Assembly (NCBI RefSeq): GCF_002863865.1
Contig: NZ_CP022684.1
Location: 3,143,990 to 3,167,989, forward strand
Reading direction: 5' to 3'
Source: Ketobacter alkanivorans
GTDB lineage: Bacteria; Pseudomonadota; Gammaproteobacteria; Pseudomonadales; Ketobacteraceae
Length of the DNA: 24,000 nt
Shown here: positions 1 to 10,257 of the stretch, one piece after another
How positions within the stretch are numbered: position 1 is the stretch's first letter
How the letters are laid out: each line of letters opens with the position of its first letter
Made by a program: the position numbers and the translations under genes
Notes under the pieces: model-generated
Databases searched by the model: none
Seen by the model: only the letters and a program-made list of their open reading frames with translations
What the model was told of the DNA's origin: nothing

Positions 1-1133
1 TGCGCGTGCAGCGCTTTACCCTCAGTGTGCACAGTTTGGCGTTCGGGGTGTATTTGGGGGGGTTGAATCAATATCTCACTGTAGGTGGGCTGGAGTCCGG
101 TGCGGTGGCCTGGTGGCTGATCGTACCGTTGATTGGCGGCCTGTTGATGGGGCTGCGTACGGGGCTGGTGTGGATCGTGATCGCTCTGCTTTCCAGTCTG
201 ATCCTGTTCTACCTTGAAACCCATGGCCACACCTTCCCCAATCTGACTCCGCCAGAGGCCCGCAATGCCCAGCGCGTGGTGCTGGTGGTGGGTGAGTTCC
301 TGGCGGTGCTGATATTGATGACCGCTTACCTGACTCAGATCGAAACCTCGGAACGCAGCCTGGCGCAGAAGAATGCATCGTTGCAGCAACAAGTGGCGCG
401 AGCAGAAAGCGCCGAAGCGGCCGCAGTGGAGGCTTCCGCTGCCAAAACCCGCTTTCTGGCCAACATGACCCACGAGCTGCGCACGCCGCTTAACTCTATT
501 CTGGGGTTCTCCCGCCGGGTTTCGCAGCAGTTGGATGCCCAGCTCAACGAGCGGCAGCGAGACGGCCTGCAACTGGTGGTGGATAACGGCGAGCAAATGT
601 TGCGGCTGGTGTCGGATCTGCTGGAACTGTCGGAGCTTGAAGCAGGCAAATTGCAGCTCGGGCGCAGCGCAATGAATCTGCGTGAAACCGTGAGCCTGTT
701 GTTGCCTGACATGCAGCGTAAGGCCGGTCAGTTTGGCCTTGATGTCGTGGCAGATGCCCCTCTGCCCGAAGTGCTGATCCATGGCGATCTGTCCCGTCTA
801 AAGCGGGCGCTGGAAACCCTGTTGCGACATGCGGTGCAATATTGCCCGCAAGGGGTTATACGTGTCTCAGGACAGATCAGTGGGCAGGCCGTAGGTGAAC
901 AGCGCTGGGTGATGCGGGTGCATTGCGAACAGCTTTGTTTCAACGATGAGCAGCTGCAACGCATATTTGATCGGTACGATCACCTGCACAGTCTGTCCGA
1001 GCGGCCTGATCTGGTATCCGGTTTGGCCATGGTGCTGGCCCGTGAGTTCGTGCGTCGTCATGGGGGCGACTTGCAGGTAAGCCCGCATCCGCAGCGGGGA
1101 ACCCTCTACCAATTAACTCTGCCGTGCGGTTAA
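1..1133 (+). CDS. Membrane HisKA-type sensor histidine-kinase-like protein, N-terminally truncated by the window edge, with a degenerate HATPase_c domain
   Basis: ORF 6..1133 stays open in the same frame back to the window start. It aligns to residues ~75 onward of the next ORF, so about 75 aa are missing. It has hydrophobic N-terminal helices, a coiled-coil linker and the H-box FLANMTHELRTPLNSILGFS. The C-terminal part has kinase-like spacing (LETLLRHAVQY ... RIFDRYDHLHS ... SGLAMVLAREFVRRHGGDL), but the N, G1 and G2 box residues are replaced. Confidence 0.8.
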   Translation, partial: RVQRFTLSVHSLAFGVYLGGLNQYLTVGGLESGAVAWWLIVPLIGGLLMGLRTGLVWIVIALLSSLILFYLETHGHTFPNLTPPEARNAQRVVLVVGEFLAVLILMTAYLTQIETSERSLAQKNASLQQQVARAESAEAAAVEASAAKTRFLANMTHELRTPLNSILGFSRRVSQQLDAQLNERQRDGLQLVVDNGEQMLRLVSDLLELSELEAGKLQLGRSAMNLRETVSLLLPDMQRKAGQFGLDVVADAPLPEVLIHGDLSRLKRALETLLRHAVQYCPQGVIRVSGQISGQAVGEQRWVMRVHCEQLCFNDEQLQRIFDRYDHLHSLSERPDLVSGLAMVLAREFVRRHGGDLQVSPHPQRGTLYQLTLPCG

Positions 1134-1198
1134 GAGCAGGTTTGGCGCACGGTTGAGATTCAGGCACTATACTGATGTGAAAGGGATTTCATTGGAGA

Positions 1199-2539
1199 GT
1201 GTCGTTGGAGGGATTGCTGAATCAGCTGCTGAATTGCGGTTGGGATGAGGATAAAACCGATCCCATCCAGTTGCGGCGTATTCGTACCATCACTGGCACA
1301 TCTCTTCTGCTTATATTGTTGGGTATTCCTTTTCTGCTGCGTGCCTACGAATGGCACATTTCCTTGCGCATGGTTACGGTGCCTGCGGCCATGCTGCTGG
1401 CGATCACATCCATCGCTGTCTTGGGTTGGTTTAAGAATTATCACATCAGTACCCAGTTGGTGGTCTTGGCCATTTATGTGGCCGGTGCCGGTGCTGTATT
1501 AACCAGTGGCGGGGTTGGCACCTCGGCGGTGGGTTGGTGGTTTCTGGTGCCGTTGCTGGCGGGGTTGCTGCGGGGAATGAGCAGCGGCCTGAGCTGGGGT
1601 GCCATAGTGCTGCTTTCTATGTATGCCTGCTACTGGGCCGAAGGCCACGGAATTCCGCTTCCGGATCTGACGCCGCCTGAACACGTTGCCGCCCAGCAGT
1701 TGATGCAAGCCCTGGGTGTGACCTGTGCCACCCTGATATTGATCAGTAATTACCTCGGCCAGATCGGCCACTCCGAGCGGATCCTGGCAGAGCACAATGA
1801 ACGTCTGTCCAGGCAGGTGGAGCGGGCAGAGACTGCCGAACGTGAGCTGACGGTGGCGGTGGAATCGAAAACCCGCTTTCTGGCCAATATGAGCCATGAG
1901 ATGAAAACCCCCCTGAATGCCATTCTGGGGTTTTCCAAACGCCTGCAGCACCGGGCGTCGGATAAGCTCGATGAGCGCGAGCAATTGGCCCTGGGCCAGG
2001 TAGTGAATCACTCAGGTAATATGCTTGCCCTGGTCAACGACCTGCTTGCTCTGGCGCAACTGGATGCAGAGACTCCTCAAGAGCCGAAACGCAGCCCGCT
2101 GGATCTGAAGGAGTTGTTGGTGCGCACAACCCAGGAGCTGGCACCGGTGGCGGGCAGGTTTGATCTGCAATTGATGATGGAGGCTGAGGACAGCCTGGTG
2201 ATCGAGGCCAATGGTGAACAGATCACACAGGCAGTCGGCGCGCTGGTTCGTCATGCGCTCATGTATGCCAAGCAGGGAGTGGTGCGTCTTACACTCGGTG
2301 AGATGACCCAAGGTGCTCTGATTCAGGTGCTGTACCCTGGCGAATTGTCGGAGGCCGGCAAACAGCGTCTGTTCGATCGTTATAATCACCTGCACAGTCA
2401 GAACGGCCGCGACGTGGGGATGTCTGGCCTGGCGCTGGCCCTGGCGCAGGAGCATGTGCTGCTGCACGGTGGGCGCATTGGCGTCAGTTCCGATCCGGCG
2501 GCCAGCAATGTCTGTTTCAATCTTTACCTACCGAGTTGA
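1199..2539 (+). CDS. Membrane HisKA-type sensor histidine-kinase-like protein, paralog of the upstream ORF, with a degenerate HATPase_c domain
   Basis: 446-aa ORF with multiple N-terminal TM helices and the shared motif GHGIPLPDLTPPE (GHGHTFPNLTPPE in the paralog). H-box is FLANMSHEMKTPLNAILGFS. C-terminal region is GALVRHALMYAKQG ... RLFDRYNHLHS ... MSGLALALAQEHVLLHGGRI. The start is uncertain: GGAGA at 1194-1198 abuts the GTG at 1199, so TTG at 1205 is an alternative. Confidence 0.8.
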   Translation: MSLEGLLNQLLNCGWDEDKTDPIQLRRIRTITGTSLLLILLGIPFLLRAYEWHISLRMVTVPAAMLLAITSIAVLGWFKNYHISTQLVVLAIYVAGAGAVLTSGGVGTSAVGWWFLVPLLAGLLRGMSSGLSWGAIVLLSMYACYWAEGHGIPLPDLTPPEHVAAQQLMQALGVTCATLILISNYLGQIGHSERILAEHNERLSRQVERAETAERELTVAVESKTRFLANMSHEMKTPLNAILGFSKRLQHRASDKLDEREQLALGQVVNHSGNMLALVNDLLALAQLDAETPQEPKRSPLDLKELLVRTTQELAPVAGRFDLQLMMEAEDSLVIEANGEQITQAVGALVRHALMYAKQGVVRLTLGEMTQGALIQVLYPGELSEAGKQRLFDRYNHLHSQNGRDVGMSGLALALAQEHVLLHGGRIGVSSDPAASNVCFNLYLPS

Positions 2540-2590
2540 TTCCCATCAACTAAGCAGCAATTTGCCCATAAAAATTTGGTAAAACTGTTT

Positions 2591-2633
2591 CATTTGCAAA
2601 TGCAGCAAATTATCATTTACACCCAATGCAAAT
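2591..2633. promoter_or_regulatory. Operator-like AT-rich region upstream of the iron-binding-protein gene, with weak Fur-box resemblance
   Basis: Perfect 12-bp palindrome CATTTGCAAATG at 2591-2602. Three GCAAAT hexamers at 2595, 2605 and 2628. An AATTATCATTTAC core at ~2608-2620 matches roughly half of the classical GATAATGATAATCATTATC Fur consensus by eye. Confidence 0.3.
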
Positions 2634-2647
2634 ACAGAGGTTTACCT

Positions 2648-3709
2648 ATGAAAAAGCGTGTAATGAATATCCTTTCGCCGGTTTTTACGCTGGCCCTGTC
2701 AGCGATGGCGCTCGGTGGGATCGCAGGATGCAGCGATCAGGATAGCGCCAAGTCAGAGGCGGAAGCCGGGCAACCTACTGAAATAGTAGTGTATTCGTCA
2801 CGTAATGAGCATTTGGTCAAGCCTCTGTTTGACCGCTTCACCGATGAAACCGGCATCAAGATCTCCTACATTACCGATGGCGAAGGCCCCCTCATGGCGC
2901 GTTTGCAGGCCGAAGCCGAGCGGACCCCCGCAGATCTGCTGATCACGGTAGACGCCGGTAATCTCTGGCAGGCGGCCAATATGGGCCTGTTGCAGTCCAC
3001 CGAGTCCGAGGTGTTGGAACAGAATATCCCGGCCAAATATCAGGATTCCGAGAATCGCTGGTTCGGTCTGTCCATCCGGGCGCGCACCATTGTCTACTCC
3101 ACTGAACGGGTTAAACCGGAAGAACTTTCCACCTATGAAAACCTGGCGACCGCAGCCTGGGATGGCCGCCTGTGTCTGCGTACGTCCAAAAAAGTGTATA
3201 ACCAGTCGCTGGTGGCGACCCTGATTGAGCGCCATGGCGAGCAACGTACCGAAGAGATCGTGAAAGGCTGGGTGGATAACTTGGTCACCGATGTGTTCCC
3301 TAACGACACCTCGCTGATGGAGGCCATTGTGGCAGGGCAGTGTGATGTGGGCATCGTGAACACCTACTATTTTGGTCGCATGCAGGCAGAGGACCCAGCC
3401 ATCCCCATGGCATTGTTCTGGCCCAACCAGCTTACCTCGGGAGTACATGTGAACGTTTCCGGTGCCGGTGTTACCCGACATGCCAAGCACCCCGCCCAGG
3501 CAAGGCAACTGCTGGAGTGGTTGGCCCAAGGAGAAGCCCAGGCCATGTTTGGTGGCCTCAATATGGAGTATCCGGTTAACCCGGCAGTGCCAGTGGATGA
3601 TCTGGTGAAATCCTGGGGCGAGTTCAAAGCCGATGATCTGAACGTGGAAGTGGCAGGTCGACGGCAGGCTGAAGCCATCAAGTTGATGGATCGTGCCGGT
3701 TACCGCTAA
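2648..3709 (+). CDS. Fe(3+) ABC transporter periplasmic substrate-binding lipoprotein (FbpA/AfuA-like)
   Basis: The track ORF starts at TTG 2576. ATG 2648 is preferred because it is preceded by AGAGG and gives the signal peptide [28 protein letters not shown] with a lipobox Cys. The body resembles ferric-binding proteins ([10 protein letters not shown]..., [27 protein letters not shown]). Confidence 0.85.
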   Translation: MKKRVMNILSPVFTLALSAMALGGIAGCSDQDSAKSEAEAGQPTEIVVYSSRNEHLVKPLFDRFTDETGIKISYITDGEGPLMARLQAEAERTPADLLITVDAGNLWQAANMGLLQSTESEVLEQNIPAKYQDSENRWFGLSIRARTIVYSTERVKPEELSTYENLATAAWDGRLCLRTSKKVYNQSLVATLIERHGEQRTEEIVKGWVDNLVTDVFPNDTSLMEAIVAGQCDVGIVNTYYFGRMQAEDPAIPMALFWPNQLTSGVHVNVSGAGVTRHAKHPAQARQLLEWLAQGEAQAMFGGLNMEYPVNPAVPVDDLVKSWGEFKADDLNVEVAGRRQAEAIKLMDRAGYR

Positions 3710-3721
3710 ATCCCCCGCACG

Positions 3722-5371
3722 ATGACCGCTACCGTCATCGCCCGCCCCCAACCCTACTTGCCCAAACTGTTGCGGCGGGTGGGGTTGTTGCGCGCCTGCG
3801 CCTTGCTTTTGGCGCTGATGGTGGGCGCACCCCTGCTGGTGATTGCCTTCAGTTGGGGCGACGTTAATGCCGAGATCTGGTTGCATCTGGCCCAGACTCA
3901 ATTGTTCCGATTATTGGGCAACACCTTTGTTCTGGTGCTGGGAGTGGCGGTTCTGGTGCTGTTGATCGGTGTTCCCCTGGCCTGGTTCACCGCCACCTGC
4001 GACTTTCCGGGGCGGCGGGTGTTTGATGTGGTTCTAATGCTGCCTCTGGCCGTGCCTGCCTATGTTATGGCCTTTGTTATGGTGGGGTTGCTGGATTACG
4101 CAGGCCCGGTGCAGGGCGCCCTGCGGGACTGGTTCGGCCCCCAACTTTCGTTTAGTTTTCGGGGCACCTTCCCCGTGGTGCTGGTGATGTCGCTGGTGCT
4201 GTACCCCTATGTTTACATGCTGGCCCGCAGCGCCTTTTTGTCACAGGGGCGCGAGCCGCTAGAGGCAGCGCGAGTGCTGGGATATGGCCCCTTGCAGGGC
4301 TTTCTGCGGGTTGCGTTACCCATGGCAAGGCCTGCGATTATCGCCGGTTTGTCGTTGGCGCTGATGGAAACCCTGGCGGATTTTGGTGCGGTGGCGGTGT
4401 TCAATTACGATACCTTCACCACCGCCATTTATAAGGCCTGGTACGGTTTTTTTGATCTGCAAACAGCCGCCCAGTTGGCCTCACTATTATTGGTTATCGT
4501 GCTCAGCGGTCTTTACCTTGAGCGCAGCGGGCGTGGCTCGGCCCGCTATTTTCAAAATGGGCGGCGGCGTAATTCTAGCGCCCGCATAGCCTTATCCGGC
4601 TCCCGCGCCTGGTTGGTGTCCGCTTGGTGTGGGTTGGTGTTTCTGGTGGCCTTTGTGATTCCAGTGGGGCATCTGTTGCTGTGGATAATTCAAGGTGCCT
4701 GGCGCGGTTTGGATGAACGCTACCTGGGGTTGGTCGGGCATACACTCACCCTGGCTGCCATCGCCGCAGTGGTGACGGTGATCGCCGCCTTCCTGCTGGC
4801 GCTCTATCGTCGCACCTACAAGGGCGCGCTGTCTGGTGGAATCGTGCGGCTGGCCACGGTGGGCTATGCACTGCCGGGCTCTGTGCTGGCGGTGGGGATC
4901 ATGCTCAGTTTCAACTGGTTGGATGCCTGGGCAGCCCAACTGCAAACCGCCCTCGGCCTCAGCGTACAGCCCATCTTCGTCGGAGGCGTGCTGGCGTTGC
5001 TGCTGGCCTACACCACGCGCTTTCTGGCCGCCGCGTTCGGCCCGGTAGAAACCAGCCTGGATCGCATCAAACCCTCGATTCCCGAGGCCGCCGCCATTCT
5101 GGGGGCCCGTCCACCGGAGATCGTGCGCCGTATCTACCTGCCCATGCTGGCGCCGGGCCTGCTTACCGCCGCGTTGCTGGTGTTTGTGGATGTTATGAAA
5201 GAGATGCCAGCGACCTTGCTGATGCGTCCATTCGGCTGGGATACCCTGGCCGTGCGCATCTATGAAATGACCTCCGAAGGCCTTTGGCAGCAGGCGGCCC
5301 TGCCGGGGTTATCTATCGTATTGGTGGGGCTGGTGCCGGTGGTTATTCTGGTGCGCCGATCCGCCCGCTGA
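3722..5371 (+). CDS. Iron(III) ABC transporter permease, fused two-module type (FbpB-like)
   Basis: 549-aa polytopic membrane protein starting 12 nt after the binding-protein stop. It has two permease modules, each with an EAA-like loop ([26 protein letters not shown] and [26 protein letters not shown]). Confidence 0.85.
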   Translation: MTATVIARPQPYLPKLLRRVGLLRACALLLALMVGAPLLVIAFSWGDVNAEIWLHLAQTQLFRLLGNTFVLVLGVAVLVLLIGVPLAWFTATCDFPGRRVFDVVLMLPLAVPAYVMAFVMVGLLDYAGPVQGALRDWFGPQLSFSFRGTFPVVLVMSLVLYPYVYMLARSAFLSQGREPLEAARVLGYGPLQGFLRVALPMARPAIIAGLSLALMETLADFGAVAVFNYDTFTTAIYKAWYGFFDLQTAAQLASLLLVIVLSGLYLERSGRGSARYFQNGRRRNSSARIALSGSRAWLVSAWCGLVFLVAFVIPVGHLLLWIIQGAWRGLDERYLGLVGHTLTLAAIAAVVTVIAAFLLALYRRTYKGALSGGIVRLATVGYALPGSVLAVGIMLSFNWLDAWAAQLQTALGLSVQPIFVGGVLALLLAYTTRFLAAAFGPVETSLDRIKPSIPEAAAILGARPPEIVRRIYLPMLAPGLLTAALLVFVDVMKEMPATLLMRPFGWDTLAVRIYEMTSEGLWQQAALPGLSIVLVGLVPVVILVRRSAR

Positions 5372-5453
5372 CCCTAACGGCACGCACACCTTAGTCAACC
5401 GCTCTACACCACTGGCCACGTGCCTCCGACCTGAGTACAATTGCCCCCCTCAA

Positions 5454-5499
5454 TTTGGTACAAACAAGCTAACCCCCAACAGCATTGTTTTGGTACAAT
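5454..5499 (+). promoter_or_regulatory. Candidate gcv promoter/operator: direct repeat TTTGGTACAA (x2) with extended -10 TGgTACAAT
   Basis: TTTGGTACAA occurs at 5454-5463 and 5489-5498, and a third GTACAAT at 5435-5441. TGGTACAAT at 5491-5499 fits an extended -10 about 24 nt upstream of the gcvT ATG. No good -35 was seen. Confidence 0.25.
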
Positions 5500-5522
5500 C
5501 GTGCCAAAACAGGAGACCAAGC

Positions 5523-6605
5523 ATGGCCCAGCGCACAGCTCTATACAACAGCCACCTGCAATCAGGTGCCAAAATGGTGGATTTTGGCGGCTGGGACATG
5601 CCTATCAACTACGGTTCCCAGATCGAAGAGCACAACAGCGTGCGTACCGACGCCGGTATGTTTGATGTCTCTCACATGACCGTAGTGGATGTACAGGGGG
5701 CGGACTGTCGGGCCTATCTGCAGAAATTGCTCGCCAACGACGTGATCAAGCTCAAGACTCCCGGCAAAGCCCTCTACAGCGGCATGCTCAATGAAAAAGG
5801 CGGCGTGATCGACGATCTCATCGTCTACAACATGGAAGGCTGGTACCGGGTAGTAGTGAATTGCGCGACCCGTGAAAAAGATCTGGCCTGGATGGAAAAA
5901 CAGAGCGCAGGATACGATGTCAGCATCACCGAGCGCCCCGACTTCGCCATGATCGCCGTACAGGGCCCCAACGCCATCGCCAAAACCTGCGCCGTAGTGG
6001 GTGAGCCTAAAGCTGCCGTCATCAACAGCCTCAGCATCTTTCAGGGCCTGCCTGCCCAGGACTGGTTTATTGCCCGCACCGGCTACACCGGCGAAGATGG
6101 CCTCGAAATCATGTTGCCCAACGAACAGGCTCCCGGCTTTTGGCAGCAACTGATCGAAGGCGGCGTGGCTCCCTGCGGATTGGGCGCGCGCGATACCCTG
6201 CGCTTGGAAGCCGGTATGAATCTGTACGGTTCCGACATGGATGAAACCGTATCCCCACTGGCCGCCGGTATGGGCTGGACCATCTCCTGGGGCCCAGAGG
6301 AGCGCGACTTCATCGGCCGATCCTCATTGCAACAGCAAAAAGTAGACGGCGTGGACTTCAAACAGGTGGGCCTGGTGCTGGAAACCCGTGGCGTGCTCCG
6401 CGGTCACCAGAAAGTCATCGTAGAAAATGTAGGCGAGGGCGAAATTACCAGTGGTACATTTTCCCCGACCTTAGGCTATTCTATTGCTCTGGCGCGGGTT
6501 CCCGCCGCCACCGGCGATGTCGCCCAAGTGGAAATTCGAGGCAAGCTGCACGACGTCAAAGTCGTCAAAGCCCCCTTCGTCCGCAACGGCAAACAGGTTT
6601 TTTAG
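5523..6605 (+). CDS. gcvT: Glycine cleavage system aminomethyltransferase (T protein)
   Basis: [32 protein letters not shown]... is a typical GcvT N-terminus. ATG 5523 is preceded by AGGAGA (5511-5516). The track start at TTG 5490 is probably too long. Confidence 0.95.
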   Translation: MAQRTALYNSHLQSGAKMVDFGGWDMPINYGSQIEEHNSVRTDAGMFDVSHMTVVDVQGADCRAYLQKLLANDVIKLKTPGKALYSGMLNEKGGVIDDLIVYNMEGWYRVVVNCATREKDLAWMEKQSAGYDVSITERPDFAMIAVQGPNAIAKTCAVVGEPKAAVINSLSIFQGLPAQDWFIARTGYTGEDGLEIMLPNEQAPGFWQQLIEGGVAPCGLGARDTLRLEAGMNLYGSDMDETVSPLAAGMGWTISWGPEERDFIGRSSLQQQKVDGVDFKQVGLVLETRGVLRGHQKVIVENVGEGEITSGTFSPTLGYSIALARVPAATGDVAQVEIRGKLHDVKVVKAPFVRNGKQVF

Positions 6606-6655
6606 TTCAAATTTTTAACTCTTTTTTAAACCTTTATCAGTTCTGAGGAATGATC

Positions 6656-7042
6656 ATGAGCGAAATACCAACCGAATTGCGTTACCTGTCGTCACACGAA
6701 TGGGTTCGGGTAGAAGACGGCGTTGCCACCATCGGCATCACAGCTCACGCCCAAGAAGCCATGGGCGATCTGGTGTTTGTGGAAACCCCCGAAGTCGGCA
6801 CCACCCTGGCCGCGGGTGACGAAGCCGGTGTCGTTGAATCCGTAAAAGCAGCCTCCGACATCTACACCCCGGTGTCTGGTGAAGTGGTGGAAATCAACCC
6901 GCTATTGGAAGATGCCCCTGAAACCGTCAACTCCGATCCCTATGGCGATGGCTGGATGTTCAAAATTGAGATCGCCGACGGTGCCGAGCTGGAAAACACC
7001 CTCACCGCCGACGAATATCAGGCACAGATCGAAGACGAATAA
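6656..7042 (+). CDS. gcvH: Glycine cleavage system H protein (lipoyl carrier)
   Basis: [17 protein letters not shown]... with the lipoyl-lysine motif [14 protein letters not shown] 6656 lies 7 nt after GAGGA. ATG 6650 is the alternative start. Confidence 0.95.
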   Translation: MSEIPTELRYLSSHEWVRVEDGVATIGITAHAQEAMGDLVFVETPEVGTTLAAGDEAGVVESVKAASDIYTPVSGEVVEINPLLEDAPETVNSDPYGDGWMFKIEIADGAELENTLTADEYQAQIEDE

Positions 7043-7070
7043 GTCGGTTGTAAAAACCGTCGCCGTAAAC

Positions 7071-7097
7071 AGCCCGATTCTTGCCAGTCGGGCTTTT
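7071..7097 (+). terminator. Weak intrinsic terminator/attenuator hairpin between gcvH and gcvPA
   Basis: AGCCCGA (7071-7077) pairs with TCGGGCT (7088-7094) around a 10-nt loop, followed by TTT. The stem and T-tract are short, so this may only modulate the H:P ratio or stabilise the mRNA. Confidence 0.35.
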
Positions 7098-7119
7098 GCA
7101 TTTATATCAGGACCCCAAC

Positions 7120-8499
7120 ATGCCCTACATTCCCCACACCGACGATGACGTAAAACGCATGCTCGACACCATCGGTGCCGACAGCATTGATGATCTGTTT
7201 GATGAAATCCCCAAAGACATCATCGCCCAGCCGCTGCAACACGTTCCAGCCGGAAAATCCGAGATGGAAACCACCCGCATCATGAGCGATCGTGCCGCCC
7301 ACGACAGCGGCAACCTGTGTTTTATCGGCGCGGGAGCCTACGAGCATCACATCCCGGCCGCCGTGTGGGAAATCGCCGGGCGCGGGGAATTCCTCACGGC
7401 CTACACACCCTATCAGGCCGAGGCCAGTCAGGGCACCTTGCAGGTCATCTACGAATTCCAATCCATGATCGCCCACTTAAATGGCATGGACGTCTCCAAC
7501 GCCTCCTTGTACGACGGCGGCTCCGGTCTGGCCGAGGCCGTGCTGATGGCCGTGCGCGCCAACCGCAAATCCAAATCCAAAAAAGCACTGGTGCTGTCCA
7601 GCGTTAACCCGCTCTACCGTCAGGCCACCACCAACATCGTCGAAAACCAGGGCCTGGAATTAGTAGAAGTGCCTTATTGCAGCGCGCAGGGCACCACCCC
7701 GGTGGATGCACTCAAGCACTTCGAAGGGCAAGACTTCGCCGCCCTCATCATCCAGCAGCCCAACTTTTTCGGCTCACTGGAAGACGTAGACGCACTAACC
7801 GACTGGGCACACGCCCACGGCATGCTGGTCATCGCCTCCGTCAACCCCACCTCACTGGCCATCCTCACCCCGCCCGGTGAATGGGGCGAAACTGGCGCCG
7901 ACATCGCCACCGGTGAAGGTCAGCCCCTGGGCGTGCCCTTGTCCTCCGGCGGCCCCTATTTCGGATTCATTACCTGCAAACAACAGCACGTGCGCCAGAT
8001 GCCTGGCCGCATCATCGGCCGCACCGTAGACATGGAAGGCCGCCCCGGTTTTGCCCTCACCCTGCAAGCCCGCGAGCAACACATTCGCCGCTCCAAAGCC
8101 ACCTCCAACATCTGTACCAACCAAGGCCTGGCCATGACCGCCGCCACCGTGTACATGAGCTTGCTGGGGGCAGATGGCTTAGAGCAAGTGGCCATTGCCA
8201 GCCACAACAACACCCAATCATTGTTAGAAAAACTCACAGCCATCGACGGTGTAGAGAAAGTCTTCAGCGCCGCCACCTTCCATGAAGTCGTCATCAGCCT
8301 GCCATTGAAAGCCACCACAGCGCTGAAAAAAATGGCCAAGCGAGGCATTCAGGGCGGGCTGGATTTGGGCGAGTACTACCCCGAACTCAGCAACTGCATA
8401 TTGTTATGTGCCACTGAAACCAAAACCCAAGCGGACCTTGATCGCTATGCCACCGTGCTGGCTGAAGTATTGGCCGACACCACAGAAGGAGCGCAGTAA
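7120..8499 (+). CDS. gcvPA: Glycine dehydrogenase (decarboxylating) subunit 1 (P protein alpha)
   Basis: [31 protein letters not shown]... is typical of the split P-protein N-terminal subunit. ATG 7120 is preferred over the track start at 7081, which lies inside the hairpin. Confidence 0.93.
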   Translation: MPYIPHTDDDVKRMLDTIGADSIDDLFDEIPKDIIAQPLQHVPAGKSEMETTRIMSDRAAHDSGNLCFIGAGAYEHHIPAAVWEIAGRGEFLTAYTPYQAEASQGTLQVIYEFQSMIAHLNGMDVSNASLYDGGSGLAEAVLMAVRANRKSKSKKALVLSSVNPLYRQATTNIVENQGLELVEVPYCSAQGTTPVDALKHFEGQDFAALIIQQPNFFGSLEDVDALTDWAHAHGMLVIASVNPTSLAILTPPGEWGETGADIATGEGQPLGVPLSSGGPYFGFITCKQQHVRQMPGRIIGRTVDMEGRPGFALTLQAREQHIRRSKATSNICTNQGLAMTAATVYMSLLGADGLEQVAIASHNNTQSLLEKLTAIDGVEKVFSAATFHEVVISLPLKATTALKKMAKRGIQGGLDLGEYYPELSNCILLCATETKTQADLDRYATVLAEVLADTTEGAQ

Positions 8500-9956
8500 T
8501 GCTTATTTTTGAAAAAAGCCAAAGCGGACGCCGCGCCACCTCGCAGTCCCCCAAAGCACAACAACTTAAAGGCACCATCCCCGAAGGTTTGCTGCGCAAG
8601 CAAAAACCCTTGATGCCCGAAGTAGGCGAGATGCAAGTCGTGCGACACTACACCAACCTGTCGCGCAAAAACTTCAGCATCGACACCCAGTTCTACCCGC
8701 TGGGTAGCTGCACCATGAAATACAATCCACGGGGCGCACATCGTGCTGCCATGCTGCCAGGCTTTCTTGGCCGCCACCCCCTGGCACCGGAACAACATAG
8801 CCAAGGCTACCTGGCTTGCCTGTACGACCTGCAAGAAGTACTGAAAGACGTCACCGGCATGAAAGGCGTATCCCTCACCCCCATGGCCGGTGCCCAGGGT
8901 GAATTCGCCGGTGTCGCCATGATCCGCGCCTACCACGAAGCCCGCAACGACCACGAACGTACCGAAATCCTCATCCCCGAAGCGGCCCACGGCACCAACC
9001 CGGCCACCGCCGTTATGTGTGGCTACAAAGTGCGTGAAATACCCGTTAACGCCGACGGCGACGTTGACGTTGATGCCTTAAAAGCCGCCGTCGGCCCTCA
9101 CACCGCCGGACTGATGATGACCAACCCATCAACCTGTGGCGTGTTTGAACGAAAAATAAAAGAAATCGCCAAAACCGTTCACGAAGCAGGCGGGCTGCTC
9201 TATTACGATGGTGCCAACCTCAACGCCATCCTCGGCAAAGTGCGCCCCGGCGACATGGGCTTTGACGTGCTGCACATGAACCTGCATAAAACCTTCGCCA
9301 CGCCACACGGCGGTGGCGGCCCCGGCGCAGGCCCGGTTGGAGTAGGCGAGCGCCTGCTGCCCTACCTGCCCACGCCCATCGTTGGCAAAGAACACGTCAA
9401 TGGCGCCGACCACTATCGCTGGCTTACCGAAAAAGACATCCCCGGCACCATCGGCCGCCTGTCTACCTACATGGGCAACGCCGGTGTACTGCTGCGCGCC
9501 TACTTCTACGCCAGCGTACTGGGTAAAGAAGGCATGCACCGCGTCGGCGAATTCAGCACATTAAACGCCAACTACATGATGAAAAAAGCGGAGCAGGCCG
9601 GGTTCCAATTGGCCTACCCCAATCGTCGTGCCACCCACGAATTCATCATCACCTTGAGCAAGCAAGCGAAAGAGCTGCACGTGAGCGCCATGGACTTCGC
9701 CAAACGCATGCTCGACTACGGCTACCACGCACCCACCACCTATTTCCCATTACTGGTGCCCGAGTGCTGGCTGATCGAACCCACCGAAACCGAATCCCCG
9801 GATGAGTTGGACGGCTTCATCGAAGCCATGGTTAAAATCCAGAAAGAAGCCGAAGAAACACCAGACCTGGTAAAAGGCGCGCCCTATACCCAACCTGTGA
9901 GAAGGTTGGATGACGTGAAGGCGGCAAGGGAATTGGATTTGGTGTGGGGGAAATAA
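8499..9956 (+). CDS. gcvPB: Glycine dehydrogenase (decarboxylating) subunit 2 (P protein beta, PLP-binding)
   Basis: ATG 8499 overlaps the gcvPA TAA stop (TAATG), consistent with translational coupling. The PLP-lysine context is [18 protein letters not shown]. Confidence 0.93.
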   Translation: MLIFEKSQSGRRATSQSPKAQQLKGTIPEGLLRKQKPLMPEVGEMQVVRHYTNLSRKNFSIDTQFYPLGSCTMKYNPRGAHRAAMLPGFLGRHPLAPEQHSQGYLACLYDLQEVLKDVTGMKGVSLTPMAGAQGEFAGVAMIRAYHEARNDHERTEILIPEAAHGTNPATAVMCGYKVREIPVNADGDVDVDALKAAVGPHTAGLMMTNPSTCGVFERKIKEIAKTVHEAGGLLYYDGANLNAILGKVRPGDMGFDVLHMNLHKTFATPHGGGGPGAGPVGVGERLLPYLPTPIVGKEHVNGADHYRWLTEKDIPGTIGRLSTYMGNAGVLLRAYFYASVLGKEGMHRVGEFSTLNANYMMKKAEQAGFQLAYPNRRATHEFIITLSKQAKELHVSAMDFAKRMLDYGYHAPTTYFPLLVPECWLIEPTETESPDELDGFIEAMVKIQKEAEETPDLVKGAPYTQPVRRLDDVKAARELDLVWGK

Positions 9957-9989
9957 AAACGTAACGAATACGGTTTAAAAAGATCAAAC

Positions 9990-10030
9990 AAAGAGGGTGG
10001 CTGCCTGTGTCATAGGGGCCACCCTCTTTA
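9990..10030 (+). terminator. Rho-independent terminator of the gcv operon
   Basis: AAAGAGGGTGGC (9990-10001) pairs perfectly with GCCACCCTCTTT (10018-10029), a 12-bp stem. The 3' arm ends in TTT and is followed by A. Confidence 0.7.
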
Positions 10031-10257
10031 TCCAGGAAGCTTCTGATTATCTCAACAATTTATCCTGCATCCAAAAATTCGTAAATAATCTCAGCAGCTG
10101 ATGTAATGTTGAGCCTTTGTTGACCTTTTCTATCAAAGCGAAAAGTTCGCTAATTATACGGCAACTATAATGGGGTGCGCGTAACAGTGCGGCTCGATGA
10201 AAATACTGGCACAGTGAAAACAACCCACCCAACATGGGAACAGTAGCGGAGAGTTAA

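Noticed and set aside
2798-3901. 367-aa minus-strand ORF
   Set aside because: It is fully antisense to the well-supported iron-binding-protein gene. It has a low-complexity Gly/His/Gln-rich translation typical of antisense frames in GC-rich genes, and no family resemblance.
5491-5505. Sigma-54-like TGGTAC-N5-TGCC upstream of gcvT
   Set aside because: The GG-to-GC spacing is one nucleotide short of the strict TGGCAC-N5-TTGC geometry, and the -12 element is poor. It fits better as an extended -10 (TGgTACAAT).
5372-5522. Possible glycine riboswitch in the gcvT leader
   Set aside because: The leader is only ~150 nt. I could not find the conserved aptamer cores (ACCGAAGG..., CTCTGGAGAG...) on the sense strand. 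A covariance-model scan would be decisive.
10047-10235. 62-aa minus-strand ORF in the AT-rich islet
   Set aside because: It has no SD and no family resemblance. It lies in the probable promoter and leader of the 10258 ORF, so coding cannot be supported.
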